Positions 44,064 through 54,938 are shown, counted from the first letter of the stretch. The stretch is 64,000 bases of DNA from an uncultured Planctomycetota bacterium (GCA_963823665.1 CAWGMQ010000010.1:1120001-1184000), one strand, 5' to 3'. Numbers and translations: made by a program. The notes: a model not told the origin generated them from the letters alone.

Positions 44064-44552
44064 CTAGCGCACGGCAGAGTTCATTTCACCCATTTGATTC
44101 CTCGCAGCCTCATCGGGCTCGACTTGCCCGCGCCACCCCAGCCACCGCGTCGGCTTGCCCTCGCCCGAGGGCGATTCGCAGGGCGTTTTCACGACTCGTC
44201 GGAGATGGTCTAGCAGCGGTTCACATTCGAGCCGGACCTTTCGGGTGCTTTTACAGGAGTTGCACTCTGGGTAACCCTTGCAATAGCGGGGGCTCCGCGC
44301 GTCGGCCACCTCGATATCGGCCAGGTAGGCCTTCAGGAAAGGTAGCTCCTCGTGCATCGCTACACCGAAGTAATCCCGGCAATAGCAGACCTCGACCCAC
44401 CGAATCAACCCCGATTTGTCCACCCGGCCGGTGCAAATCACGGTCCCAAGGTCGCCGTACGGAAAGCCGTCGCCAAAGCTCCCGTCTTCGAGCGCCCGCA
44501 GCAGATCAACCTTCGCCTCCGGTCGGATTTTGGCTGCCCGTACGTATCGCAT
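44064..44552 (-). CDS. Hypothetical protein
   Basis: 162-aa ORF with WVEVCYC and CKGYPECNSC. Confidence 0.65.
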   Translation of the reverse strand: MRYVRAAKIRPEAKVDLLRALEDGSFGDGFPYGDLGTVICTGRVDKSGLIRWVEVCYCRDYFGVAMHEELPFLKAYLADIEVADARSPRYCKGYPECNSCKSTRKVRLECEPLLDHLRRVVKTPCESPSGEGKPTRWLGWRGQVEPDEAARNQMGEMNSAVR

Positions 44553-44692
44553 GATTCGACTCCGCTGCAAAGATCGCTCATTGTAGAATTATAGTAAGCC
44601 GGCGAGCCCAGGACCAGGAGACGAGTCGGTACGGTGGGATAGCCCACTGGCTATCCAGCGTGGGACGGGCGTAGTACGCACTGCTGCACGAA

Positions 44693-44995
44693 GTGCTCGG
44701 GGCGCTAAGCCGCAGAGGCTTCGCGCTGCCTCGTCGCGGCAAGGTGCACACCTTCGGGCGGCTTAAATTCGTTTATGCGGCCGATCCCGACCTCAAGCGA
44801 ATGGGACTTACCCTCGAAGCCCTGGGCCGGCTGCGCAACGCGGCAGAATATCAGCTCGGTACGTCGGGCCCGTTCGTGTCGCCGAGAATTGCCATTTCTG
44901 CCTTGACCGACGCCGGATCGGCCGTCGCGCTACTCGACGCAATCGAGGCTGATCCGGTGCGGCGTGCGGGAGCTGCGCGGACGATACCGCCCTGA
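44693..44995 (+). pseudogene. 3' part of a HEPN-like protein
   Basis: H...LGRLRNAAEYQL (R-x4-Y motif); no clear N-terminus. Confidence 0.45.
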
Positions 44996-45081
44996 GTCCC
45001 GCTTGGAGACTACTTCGGCCTCGAGCGGCGCGCAGGTCGCGACCCTTCTTTGCCATCTCCGTGCCAGTTATCCTTGACGTC

Positions 45082-45633
45082 ATGAATGAGATCACCCGAA
45101 TTCATGGCACCATCGACGACGGCAAGCCGCGGCGCAGCTTCTGCCGCTCGTGTACGACGAGCTACACAAGCTCGCGGCTGGTCACATCCGCATGAGTCAC
45201 CCGGCCAAACGTTGAACGCCACGGCCCTGTTTTGCGAGGCCTATCTGCGGCTCGTTGGTCGCGCCGGAGGTCGTGTATTCGCCAATCGGGGTCACTTTTT
45301 TGCCGCTGCCGCCGAGGGATGCGACGGGTGCTCGTCGACAACAGTCGCAACCGTGCCCGCTCAAAACGGGGCGGCGGGAAGAGCCAGATCGATCTCGACA
45401 AGCTCACCGAGCCTGCTTCGGCTACGGACGACGATCTCCTCGCGCTGGATGACGCGATCGACCGCCTGGCCAGTAAGTACCCCGAAGCCGCCGAGCTTGT
45501 GAAATTGCGGTTCTTTGCCGGGATGACCCTGGACGAGGCGGCCGAATCGATGCGGCTCTCGCTCCGGACCGCCAACCGTCAATGGGCATTCGCACGGCCC
45601 TGGTGGCCGGCTGCCGCCCTCTCCCGCGAGTGA
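45082..45633 (+). pseudogene. TIGR02999-type ECF sigma factor with several frameshifts and no downstream kinase
   Basis: MNEITRI, LLPLVYDELHKLA, EAYLRLV, VKLRFFAG, RQWAFAR spread over different frames. Confidence 0.8.
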
Positions 45634-45669
45634 TCCGAATCTCCCGACATTGCGCGGGGCGGCTCCCGG

Positions 45670-45970
45670 GACACCATAACGATCTAACCGATATCGCGTG
45701 GCGGCAAGGCTGTGGCCTTGCTGGCTACATCGTAAAGCTTCGACTCGCAACCTATGTATGCTCGCGTGATAAAAATCGCCACTCGAGGCGACCAGAGGGC
45801 CGATGGTTCATCGAAGAGTTGCGCTCTTCGCCTCCCTCGTACTCGCCCCACAATTCAGACCGGGGCCGACGTACGACAAGCACGCGCCTCTGACGAGTTC
45901 GAGATCCGGAGAGCGCCTGGTAATGAACCAGGCGCTCTCGCAAATGAAAAGGCCGCAGAATCAAGAGAGG
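45670..45970. repeat. Non-coding element B containing perfect palindrome gagagcgcctgg-taatgaa-ccaggcgctctc (45909-45939)
   Basis: Homologous to 34804-35100; 12-bp perfect inverted repeat with 7-nt spacer. Confidence 0.8.
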
Positions 45971-46062
45971 ATCCTACGGTTCTTCCATCGTATGTTCAAC
46001 CAAAGACGGTACTTCACGCGCGATTTCAAGTGACGTAAGTCTTGGTTCAACTTCATGTTAAG

Positions 46063-46107
46063 TGGAGACGACCGGGATCGAACCGGCAACCTCCTGGTTG
46101 CAAACCA
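46063..46107 (-). mobile_element. tRNA-Ala 3' half duplicate (att site, proximal)
   Basis: 45 nt identical to 49261-49305. Confidence 0.92.
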
Positions 46108-46250
46108 AGAATTCTTGAAAATAGCAAGTCGTTTGAGAATAATGGGTTAAGTGCGATTCTGCGGACGCTGCTGGTTTCCAAAGTTTCTAAAGATTTACGG
46201 GATTTTTCGAGGATTTGCTAGGGTTTTGGTGCACGTGCACTGAAACTCAA

Positions 46251-46694
46251 TCATCCCGACTTCCGCTTGGCCAAGCCTCGCTCGATCGACTGATACTTGA
46301 TGTAGTTCTCGACCACGCCGATCTTCTTCACATCGTGCCCCTTGGCAATCACCTTACCGTTGCGGACCCAGAAGTGGGGTGCTTTCCCTTTGTCCAACAT
46401 TCCCGCAAACTTCATCAGCGGGAATCGAACGACAAAATGGGATCGCATGAGCGAGGAGTCGACCCGCTGAGCTTCGAAAACCAATCCATGTTGATCCCAT
46501 ATCCTAAGTAACTTCCGGCGGCGGGTCGCCAGCATCAGTTTGGCAAGGCATTTCTCAAGCTCGAATCCGGCGCGCATCAATGGGCGGCTGCTTCCGAGGG
46601 CATACGTGTAAGGCGCAAGGTGGCATGGGTTATCTGCGAACACATGGTGAACGAGCTGGCCATTCTTCCTTTCCACCATGCCCATGGAATGCAA
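46251..46694 (-). CDS. Hypothetical protein (possibly partial)
   Basis: 147-aa ORF in the lower-GC island; start uncertain. Confidence 0.4.
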   Translation of the reverse strand: MHSMGMVERKNGQLVHHVFADNPCHLAPYTYALGSSRPLMRAGFELEKCLAKLMLATRRRKLLRIWDQHGLVFEAQRVDSSLMRSHFVVRFPLMKFAGMLDKGKAPHFWVRNGKVIAKGHDVKKIGVVENYIKYQSIERGLAKRKSG

Positions 46695-47196
46695 TCAGCT
46701 TGCTGATTTTCCGGCCGTTGGTGAATTCGAGATTGATGCGTAGCTTGCCCTTGAATCGCTGATTGGTCCAAACAGTGTGGCACATCCGGCAGAGCAGGTT
46801 GCATTTATCGAGTTCGTCGAATTGCTCAGTGGGAGACCACTCGGCGGATCATTTTCTCGTAGATTTTCGACTTTTGCACGGATCGATGTGATTGAATTCA
46901 AACGCACCCTTCGCCGTCAGGAATCGCCTCTCCATGGCTTTGATGCTGCGTTTGCAGATGGTGCAACGATTACCCATGTACTGAAGTCTGATTTGCCGGT
47001 CATCAACGTTCCGCCTGCCCATGACCCCGCATCTCCGTAGTCTCTGGATGTCAATTGAAAACGGTGGAAGTATTCTAACGTCCAGCTAGCTTGCTGGAAA
47101 CGGCAGTTGCAGAGGATTTGATGCGGGCCGGCTCGCATGCGCGCGTGAAAAATGTTACGATTGTTGATGGGTTTTGAAACGTTGATGGAGTGATGG

Positions 47197-47409
47197 ATGA
47201 TGGCTACGATTATGACTCCGTGTCCGACGTGCAACAAGCGAACTCCGCACCGTTCCGCTGGGGTGAATAGCAAGGTGAAAGATGCAGACGGACGCGTTTA
47301 CCAACAGATGGAATGCGCAGTCTGTAAGACCTCGACGAAGGTCTATTTTACCGAGGGCACAAACGAGTTCCAGGAAAACCTCGACGCTCCGGATGCCACA
47401 AAGGACTGA
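47197..47409 (+). CDS. Small zinc-ribbon protein
   Basis: CPTC...CAVC; GGAG upstream. Confidence 0.6.
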   Translation: MMATIMTPCPTCNKRTPHRSAGVNSKVKDADGRVYQQMECAVCKTSTKVYFTEGTNEFQENLDAPDATKD

Positions 47410-47508
47410 ACGACGTAAGCACAATCGCCGTGCTTGCAGCGATCGTCGGCACCCTGGCATCGGTCGTCAGCGTCGCTGCCTCCCCATTTGATCAACAAGG
47501 AGCTCGTT

Positions 47509-48045
47509 ATGCCCGAGTGGTTTGGTGGTGCCGCGCTTTCCCCGGACATGCTGATCCCACCACATGAACAGTGGCAACTACAATGGGATCGTGTACGCCG
47601 CTGGTACCAGCGCGTCGTTGCAATCAAGGAAAACAGCCAACGAATTGAACCAACGCAATATGATGTGGACACGACTATTGCTTTTCTGCAAAACTGCTAC
47701 CATCTGAGAGATTGGCTGACGGCCTGCCGCCCTGACCTGACGAAAAAGGTCGATGCGCTGTTCGCCGGGCACTTTGAGATGAAGGGATGCCGGGATGTCT
47801 GCAACGGCTTTAAGCATAAGCAACTGAACAAGCCATCGCTTGATCCTGCATTTAATCTCTACCGAGAATACGATCACTTCGAGGCTGAGGCGAATCCGTC
47901 GTCAAGCCCTGTTTTTCTCCGAATCGCATTCACGGACGGCCAGGACGTGCGAAAGTTCGACCTTTTCGAATTCGCGGATGCCTGCTACGGCATCTGGGCG
48001 AGCTTTATCGCTCAAGAGTTGCAGGGCGCGTTGCGGACGGCTTGA
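47509..48045 (+). CDS. Hypothetical protein, HEPN-like
   Basis: AAGGAG RBS; NCYHLRDW and RDVCNGFKH motifs. Confidence 0.6.
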   Translation: MPEWFGGAALSPDMLIPPHEQWQLQWDRVRRWYQRVVAIKENSQRIEPTQYDVDTTIAFLQNCYHLRDWLTACRPDLTKKVDALFAGHFEMKGCRDVCNGFKHKQLNKPSLDPAFNLYREYDHFEAEANPSSSPVFLRIAFTDGQDVRKFDLFEFADACYGIWASFIAQELQGALRTA

Positions 48046-48130
48046 ACAATTCGTAGCGACTGACAACCCGGCCCTCTGTCGCTCATATCCGACAGGCGGC
48101 ATCTTGTTGTGCCGTAATGTAAAATGATGC

Positions 48131-48156
48131 TTGACCATTATTGCATTCTGCAATAG
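48131..48156 (+). promoter_or_regulatory. Putative -35 box with adjacent palindromic operator
   Basis: TTGACC followed by tattgcattctgcaata; AGGAGG RBS at 48191. Confidence 0.45.
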
Positions 48157-48201
48157 CCTCCATCTGTACAGGCGATGATGCCTGGCTTATAGGAGGTTAC
48201 C

Positions 48202-48510
48202 ATGGACTTACTCACAAACGAGAAGCTTGAAGAATTGCTAGCGGTGTCGCCTGCCGAGCGTGTCACGCCAGAATATATGAAATCGCGTATCGCCGACACG
48301 ACGTTTACACGCATCGGCGAGACGATCACGTATTGCCGAATCGTGCTGGATAACGGCTTCGGCGTCAGCGGCGAAAGCGCCTGCGTGAACGCAGAGAACT
48401 ACAACCAGCAGATCGGCGAGAAGATCGCCTACGATAACGCCTTCCGCCAGCTCTGGCCACTGTTCGGCTTCTTGCTGGCCGAAAAGAACAAGCTCAAGGC
48501 GGCGGCATGA
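48202..48510 (+). CDS. Phage Gp49/66-family protein
   Basis: CRIVLDNGFGVSGESACVNAENYNQQIGEKIAYDNAFRQLWPLFGFLL. Confidence 0.85.
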   Translation: MDLLTNEKLEELLAVSPAERVTPEYMKSRIADTTFTRIGETITYCRIVLDNGFGVSGESACVNAENYNQQIGEKIAYDNAFRQLWPLFGFLLAEKNKLKAAA

Positions 48511-48824
48511 AGCCGATTGTACAAGAAGCTGCTCAAGATCTGGCGGAAGGCTTGGCCGATGCGGGCGAGATCATCGAGGGCGGCTTCGCAGGGTTCCGCA
48601 TGATGGTGATACCCAAAGGTGCCCCTGCGATCCAGGTGCATGAGATGCGACTGGCCTTCTTCGCGGGGGCGCAGCATCTTTTCGCAAGCATCATGGCCGT
48701 GATGGATTCAGATAGGGAGCCGACGCCGAGGGACTTGCATCGCATGACCATGGTTCACGAGGAGTTGGAAGCGTTCCGCAAGGACTTCGAGCTAAACCAC
48801 CTGCGCACAGATGGGAGTGCATGA
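48507..48824 (+). CDS. Phage-like hypothetical protein
   Basis: QVHEMRLAFFAGA motif; ATGA overlaps with both neighbours. Confidence 0.7.
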   Translation: MKPIVQEAAQDLAEGLADAGEIIEGGFAGFRMMVIPKGAPAIQVHEMRLAFFAGAQHLFASIMAVMDSDREPTPRDLHRMTMVHEELEAFRKDFELNHLRTDGSA

Positions 48825-49030
48825 CCCCCGCCCAACTCCGCGCCATCTGCGACTCGCTCGACGAGGAGCGCGGCACGGGCGGGCAGACGAAGCTCGCTCG
48901 ACTCCTCGGCTGGTATCACAGCACGGTCTGGCGGAAGCTGAACGGTAAATCGCCGATCACCCAGAGCGATGTGCTGGCGATCCGTAGCGCACTTTCCGAA
49001 GAATGCCAGGACGGATCAAGCTACGTATAA
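48821..49030 (+). CDS. Small Cro/XRE-like HTH protein
   Basis: GGQTKLARLLGWYHSTVWRKLNG. Confidence 0.75.
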   Translation: MTPAQLRAICDSLDEERGTGGQTKLARLLGWYHSTVWRKLNGKSPITQSDVLAIRSALSEECQDGSSYV

Positions 49031-49260
49031 TCACGCGAAGATGTAGTAATGCGCCATAAGCCCGAAGCTCTAGGTCCCTTACGCTGTCTCATAATCGCTG
49101 GTCGATCTATCACGCGAGAATTTTGGTGCAGCCGGAAGTGCTTATGGAGCAGCGATTTACCTGCGATCCAGAGCGAGTTTCAGTGCAGTTTTGGTGCAGT
49201 CTTTTAATTCATTCGTCGGTGGTTATCGACCCAAACAACCGCTGCTAAACGACTTACGAA

Positions 49261-49333
49261 TGGAGACGACCGGGATCGAACCGGCAACCTCCTGGTTGCA
49301 AACCAGGCGCTCTCCCAATTGAGCTACGTCCCC
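49261..49333 (-). tRNA. tRNA-Ala(TGC)
   Basis: GGGGACGTAGCTCAATTGGGAGAGCGCCTGGTTTGCAACCAGGAGGTTGCCGGTTCGATCCCGGTCGTCTCCA; full cloverleaf, CCA tail not encoded. Confidence 0.97.
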
Positions 49334-49618
49334 GATTGAGGCGCTTGATGATAGCAGAGTGCGGGGGAAGGGATCAATTTTGGATTTTGAAATTGGGTTG
49401 GGAATGCGCTTGCGGCGGGTGAGCGGAGACCTCCGGTCAGTGTGCGGGGCGGGGTCAGAGATCCGCGCCCAACGAAGTGGGAGTTCGGTGTGGGGACGAT
49501 GGGAGACATCGCCGTCCCAGGCGGGTGGGCTGGCGGAATTTCTTTCGGATTCCTTGGCGCACTTCCGGGGCCAATGGGGCATTGTGATTGAACACATACC
49601 CCGGAGGTCAATTCACTC

Positions 49619-52600
49619 ATGTCCGACGCTGAAGCCGAGTTGATGACAGTGTTTGCCGAAGCCCTGGAACGGACGGATAACGTTGACCGGGCCGCTTACC
49701 TGGACGTCGCTTGCGCCGGGAACTTGCCTCTGCGGGAGCGCGTTGAGGCGCTCCTTGGCGCCCACGAAGGGGCTGGGCGGTTCCTTGAGGGCGATACCGG
49801 CGGCTTGTCCGAGACGACCGTGCCCGTGAACGACGACGCGACTCAGGCGAGTTCCTCCGAATCCAATCTTGCCTCTGAGATTCCGACCAGAGGGGACGAT
49901 ACGGTCGGGACGGCTACGACTTGCGAATCTCGGGCCGACCTCGATCGTTCTGATCGATCGGTCGCCGGCCGGGTGATCGCGGGGCGCTACACGCTCATCG
50001 AAGTGCTCGGCGAGGGGGGCATGGGGACTGTCTATCGGGCGCGCCAGACCGAGCCGGTCAAGCGGGAGGTGGCGCTCAAGTTGATCAAGCTGGGGATGGA
50101 TTCGCGCGCGGTGCTGGCACGATTCAATGCCGAGCGGCAGGCGCTGGCGCTGATGGATCATCCCCACATTGCGCGCGTCTTTGATGGCGGAACGACCGCG
50201 GCCGGCCAGCCGTTTTTCGTGATGGAGCTGGTCAGCGGCGTGCCGGTCAATGAGTACTGCGACCAGAAGCGGCTGCCGGTCTCCTCGCGACTTGAGCTTT
50301 TTGTCTCGGTGTGCCAGGCGGTGCAGCACGCGCATCAGAAAGGGATCATCCATCGCGACCTCAAGCCGGGGAACGTGCTGGTCACCGAGGTCGACGGCCG
50401 GCCTACCCCCAAGGTCATCGACTTTGGCGTCGCCAAGGCCATCGAGTTCAAGCTGACCGAAGAGAGCCTGGCGGACACGGGAGCGATTGTTGGCACACCG
50501 GCTTATATGAGCCCGGAGCAGGCTGATCCGTCATCGATGGATATCGACACGCGGACCGATATCTACGCCCTGGGCGTGATCCTTTACGAGTTGCTGGCGG
50601 GTTCGCCGCCCCTAGACGCGAAGCAGTTCCGGCGCGGTGCCATCCTGGAGATGCTGCGAATGGTGCGCGAGGTCGATCCGCCGCGGCCGAGCACGAAGGT
50701 GAGCACGGCCGAGGCGCTTCCCAGCATCGCAGCCAGCCGCGGGATCGAGCCGGAGCAGCTCAAGCGGGTGCTGCGCGGGGACCTGGACTGGATCGTGATG
50801 AAAGCACTCGAGAAGGACCGCTCGCGTCGATACGAAACGGCCAACGGATTCGCTGCGGATGTGTTGCGGCACCTGGCGAATGAGCCGGTTCTCGCGGCAC
50901 CGCCGGGACGAATTTACCTGATGCGGAAATTCGCGCGGAAGTATCGCGGGCCGCTGGCCGCGGCAGGCCTGGTGCTACTGAGCCTGATTGCGGGGATCGT
51001 GGGAACTGCCTGGCAGGCGGTGCAGGCCAATCTGGCGCGGCGGGCTGAAAGTGAACGCGCCTCGAGTGAGGCGGCAGCGAAGCGAGACGCTTTGAAGGTG
51101 GGCGAACAACTTCGCGTCGCGCGTGACGAATTGCGGTACAGCCTGTATGCGGCCCGGTCGAAATTGATTCAGGGCGCTGGGATGAGCGCAACATCGCCCG
51201 CGTTCGGGAGCTTCTGAACGAGCAGGTGCCGAAAGACGGCGAGGGAGACCTGCGCGGGTTCGAGTGGCACTACTGGGATCGCCGGGCCCACAAAGAGCTT
51301 GGTGTATCTGCTCTGCCCAGATTCTTCGGGTTTGGCAAGTTCGCCGCGGACGGAGGCACGCTGCTCGGAGTGATCAAGCCGGATGATCAATCCAGCATGA
51401 TTCGCACAGAGATGGCGGGCATGTGGGAGTCGGGGACCGGGCGGCTCATGCAGGAGGTGGAGACCCACGACGCCCAGGAGAGAAAGCGGATCGGATTTTC
51501 CGGTCCCCTGGGCTTCACTCCGGATGGGGCCGCATTCCATCAGACGGCGAGGGAAGCCTCGGAAGCGGGGGCCGCGCCGCAGAACGTGACGTACTTCTGG
51601 GACGCGGCCACAGGACGGCAGCTTCACCGGATTACCAATCTAAGGCCAAACGCGTCGGAACCGGTGCTCGCCGGCGGCAAGCGGCTTTTGTGGGTGACCG
51701 CGAACTCGAAGGAGAAGGTGAAGCCGGTGCTGCATGCTCGCGACGTGGCCGCCGGTAAGGACATTTATCACGTGGACCTGCCGGCGGACGAGGTCGCGGC
51801 GCTCGACGTGAGCAAAGACGGGGCGACCCTGGCTCTGATGTTCGTCTTGAGCGAGCCGCGCAATCACTCCCTCCTCCGGATGTGGTCGGTTGCGGATGGC
51901 AAGCCGCTGGTATCGTGCGGCCCCATTGAGCCGTCCGAGTCGAGCGATGCCCAGCCGTGGGTTCGGCTCAGCCCCGACGGCCGGCGGGTTGCGGCGGGCT
52001 ATCGGGACATGCTGACCGCACAGCCGATGGCGATCTGGGATGCGGCGAGCGGCAAGGAGGTATTCAGGGGCCAAGCCAAGCTGCGGATCGAACCGGTATT
52101 CAACCCGGACGGCGGTTTGATGGCATTTGAGTCTGTGACATCAACGATCGAGGTGCTGGAGACGGCCACCGGCAAGCTCCGGCATACATTTCTGGGACAT
52201 TCGGGCGGACTCTGGGCTCTCGCATTCAACCGGGATGGAACGAGGCTCCATTCGTGCGGAGAGGATGGGACCATTCGAGTGTGGGACGTCAAGAGATCCG
52301 AGAGTCCCGATCCAATTGAGCTGTCCGGCGTCGTAAGGTTTCCAACGAACTTCGCGACCGGTGATTGGAGCCGATTCACGACCCACGCAGAACGTCGGGC
52401 AGGCGCGGCGAACACGACGACGACCATCGCGGTTTGGGACCGAGCGGGAACGCGGCTCGCGACACTGGAAGCCACGCTGGGGCACGAGGTGCATTCGGAC
52501 ATGGCGCACACGACCGCAATGGACCAATCGGGGCGGCGGGTCGCCTATGCCGCCGAGAAGGGGGTATTTGCCGACGGCCGCGATCGCCCGGAGGGGCAGC

Positions 52601-53346
52601 TCTTCGTGTGGGACGTGGCGAGGGCCAAGCCGCTGTTGTCGTGGGTGCGATGGGGCGGGTTTCATGGCTGCGCTCTCTCGCCCGATGGAATCCACGTCGC
52701 CTCGGTGTTCAATTCCGAGAGCCGCGATGAAGCAGCGCTCATCGTTTGGGACGTGGAAACGGACCGGGAGGTGCGGCGGTTCGATCGTCCTTCTTCCGCG
52801 GGCTACACGGACAGCAACATCGCCTTCAGCCCCGACGGAAGCCGAGTTGTGCTGTACGAGCATGGGCCGATACGGAAGGCAGACGTCTTGACGAGCTGGG
52901 ACGTGAGGATGGGGAAGGGGATCTGGGAACGCTCGTTTCCGCCACTCGGCCAGCAGGCCCCGTTGTTGGTTTATAGCCCGGACGGGCGGCGGATTGCCTG
53001 GTGGCACTCCGCGCTCATGGGCGCGCCTGGGGCGGTCGAAATCCTGGATGCCGAGACAGGCAAGCGAGTCGGCGCACTGCGCGAAGGACAGGTGATGAAC
53101 GTCAGGTTCAGTCCAGACGGCCGGCGGATCGCCACATCGCAACAGAACGGCGAAATCATCATCTGGGACGCGGAGTCTTTTCGAGCCCTCGTTGATCTGA
53201 AGCGGCCGGGGAGTGAAGGCCTCCATGTCTTGACGTTTACACCTGAGGGGACCGGCTATTTGCGCTTGCGAGGAACGGGAAGGCTATCGGGATCGTGGAG
53301 AGGGATGGGAGCCCACGAGGTGGTGGTGATCAGTGGTGAAGCATAG
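49619..53346 (+). CDS. Ser/Thr protein kinase with WD40 repeats (frameshift near 51180)
   Basis: Kinase motifs in 49619-51217; DLRGFEWHYW and WD40 repeats in 51226-53346. Confidence 0.9.
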
Positions 53347-53352
53347 GCGCCG

Positions 53353-54634
53353 TCACCGAGCCTTCTCCTCGTTCAACCAGATCTCGGCCTCCAGTCGGCG
53401 GAACTGCACGTCACGAAGGTCGACTTCAGTGCCTTGAGCAATCTCCTTCCGAGCTTTGGCAATCGCCTCTTCCTCCTTCAGGCTGTCGATGTATTTCTCG
53501 AGCGCCGCGACGATCTCGGCCTTCCCGGCTCCCGTCTTGCGAAGCGTTTCCAGCTTGCGGCGTCCCCAAATGGAGAAACGCGGGTCGGCGATACTGATTC
53601 TGGTATTTCGGGCGAAATCATGGATCATGACCAAGGCTTCGTCGATCAGGGCGAGCTGCTGCCTGGCAAGGGCCCGGTTGGCCGCCAGGTCCGGTAAAGC
53701 GGGGGCGCCGCGCCGCGCCGGCTATCGGGGGAGGAGCGGTCTTGGCCTGTTCTCGCGCTTCCTCGGGCGCGGGCTGCTGGCGTCCGTGGACGGCGAACCC
53801 GGCGGTTGCGAGGATCAGGGCCGCGGCGACGGCGACCAGCGGTTTCAGTCTTGCAAGCCACATCATCTGGATCACTCCTTGGGCAAGAACGGTGACCGCG
53901 ACGGGCACAGCGCCGGCGGCGGGAGAACTCGTCACGAATTGGGCGGTATGCTTGATGAGCGCCGCGGGCATCGCGGCCGAGGTTTCGCGGGCAGTCTCGG
54001 CCCAGAGCGCCGCGGCGGAGGGAGCGAGCCCGCGCCGCACCAGGCGGTCGCGCAGCCGCTGTCGCCCGCGGGACAGGCGGCTCTCGACGGTCCCGACCGG
54101 GCAGCCGAGGCGGCGCGCCGCCTCCTCGTGAGGTAGACCCTCCAGGTCGCAAAGTACGACTGCCGCACGTTGACTCTCGGAAAGGCGGCCGATCTCTTCA
54201 TCCAGGATCGCAAGCTGCTCGGAACGGCCCGGATCAGGGGCCGGGCCGGCCACCGCCTCGACCCCGCCGGTCTCGTGCGCCCTCCGGCGCAGGGAGTTGG
54301 CCCGCGCCCGTGCGGCGACGCGGCGGCTGACGCCGTAGAGCCACGGGCCCAGCGAGTCATCGACCCTGACCGCGCTTGCCTTGCGCACCAGCACCAGGAA
54401 CGTCGCCTGAAAGGCGTCGTCTGCGGCGTATCCGTCGGGCAGCAGCCGGCGGCAAACGCCCCAGACCATCGGCCCGTGGCGCTCGATGAGGATGGTGAAC
54501 GCATCCTCCGCCGAGGCTTCGTTCCGATTCACGAACCGGTCCAGAAGTTGCCTGTCGGTCAGCCCGCCGAGTATGCCATTGCTGAAAAGCGTCCCGATGT
54601 CACGGAGCACGCTCGAAGGATCTCCCCCGCTCAT
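53353..54634 (-). CDS. ECF sigma factor with long C-terminal extension (frameshift near 53700)
   Basis: TDRQLLDRF, RHGPMVWGVCRR, DDAFQATFLVL, GTVESRLSRGR. Confidence 0.88.
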
Positions 54635-54907
54635 GAGCCTGTCTCCCCTATACCGGCCTACCAATGTCAACATGCACCGACCCGGGAAATCCTTCCAACA
54701 TTCTTCCAGAAAAAAGCGGAAGCGTCTCGCTCATTTCGGGCGGGAGATCGCCAAGGAAGCGCCCGGGGGAAATGAAACGGCGACGCAGAAAGTTGTCTAA
54801 TGGCGACGCGCTTCAAGCAGCAACCCAGCGTTGGCTGGGCGGTTTCAACGCCTCGGCCGATCACGCTCAATTCGAGCTTTCATAGACGTACTTCGGCTTT
54901 TTCTTGT

Positions 54908-54938
54908 CGGCGGGCGGCACACGGAGTGTGCCTGCTAC
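54908..54938. repeat. REP-like hairpin
   Basis: ggcacacggagtgtgcc inverted repeat followed by tgctac. Confidence 0.5.

Noticed and set aside
39000..49260. Classical integron cassette array
   Set aside because: No IntI, cargo genes are not co-oriented, and the palindromes lack clear RYYYAAC/GTTRRRY attC boxes
49223..49620. ORFs overlapping the tRNA
   Set aside because: Translations of tRNA-Ala and REP-like DNA
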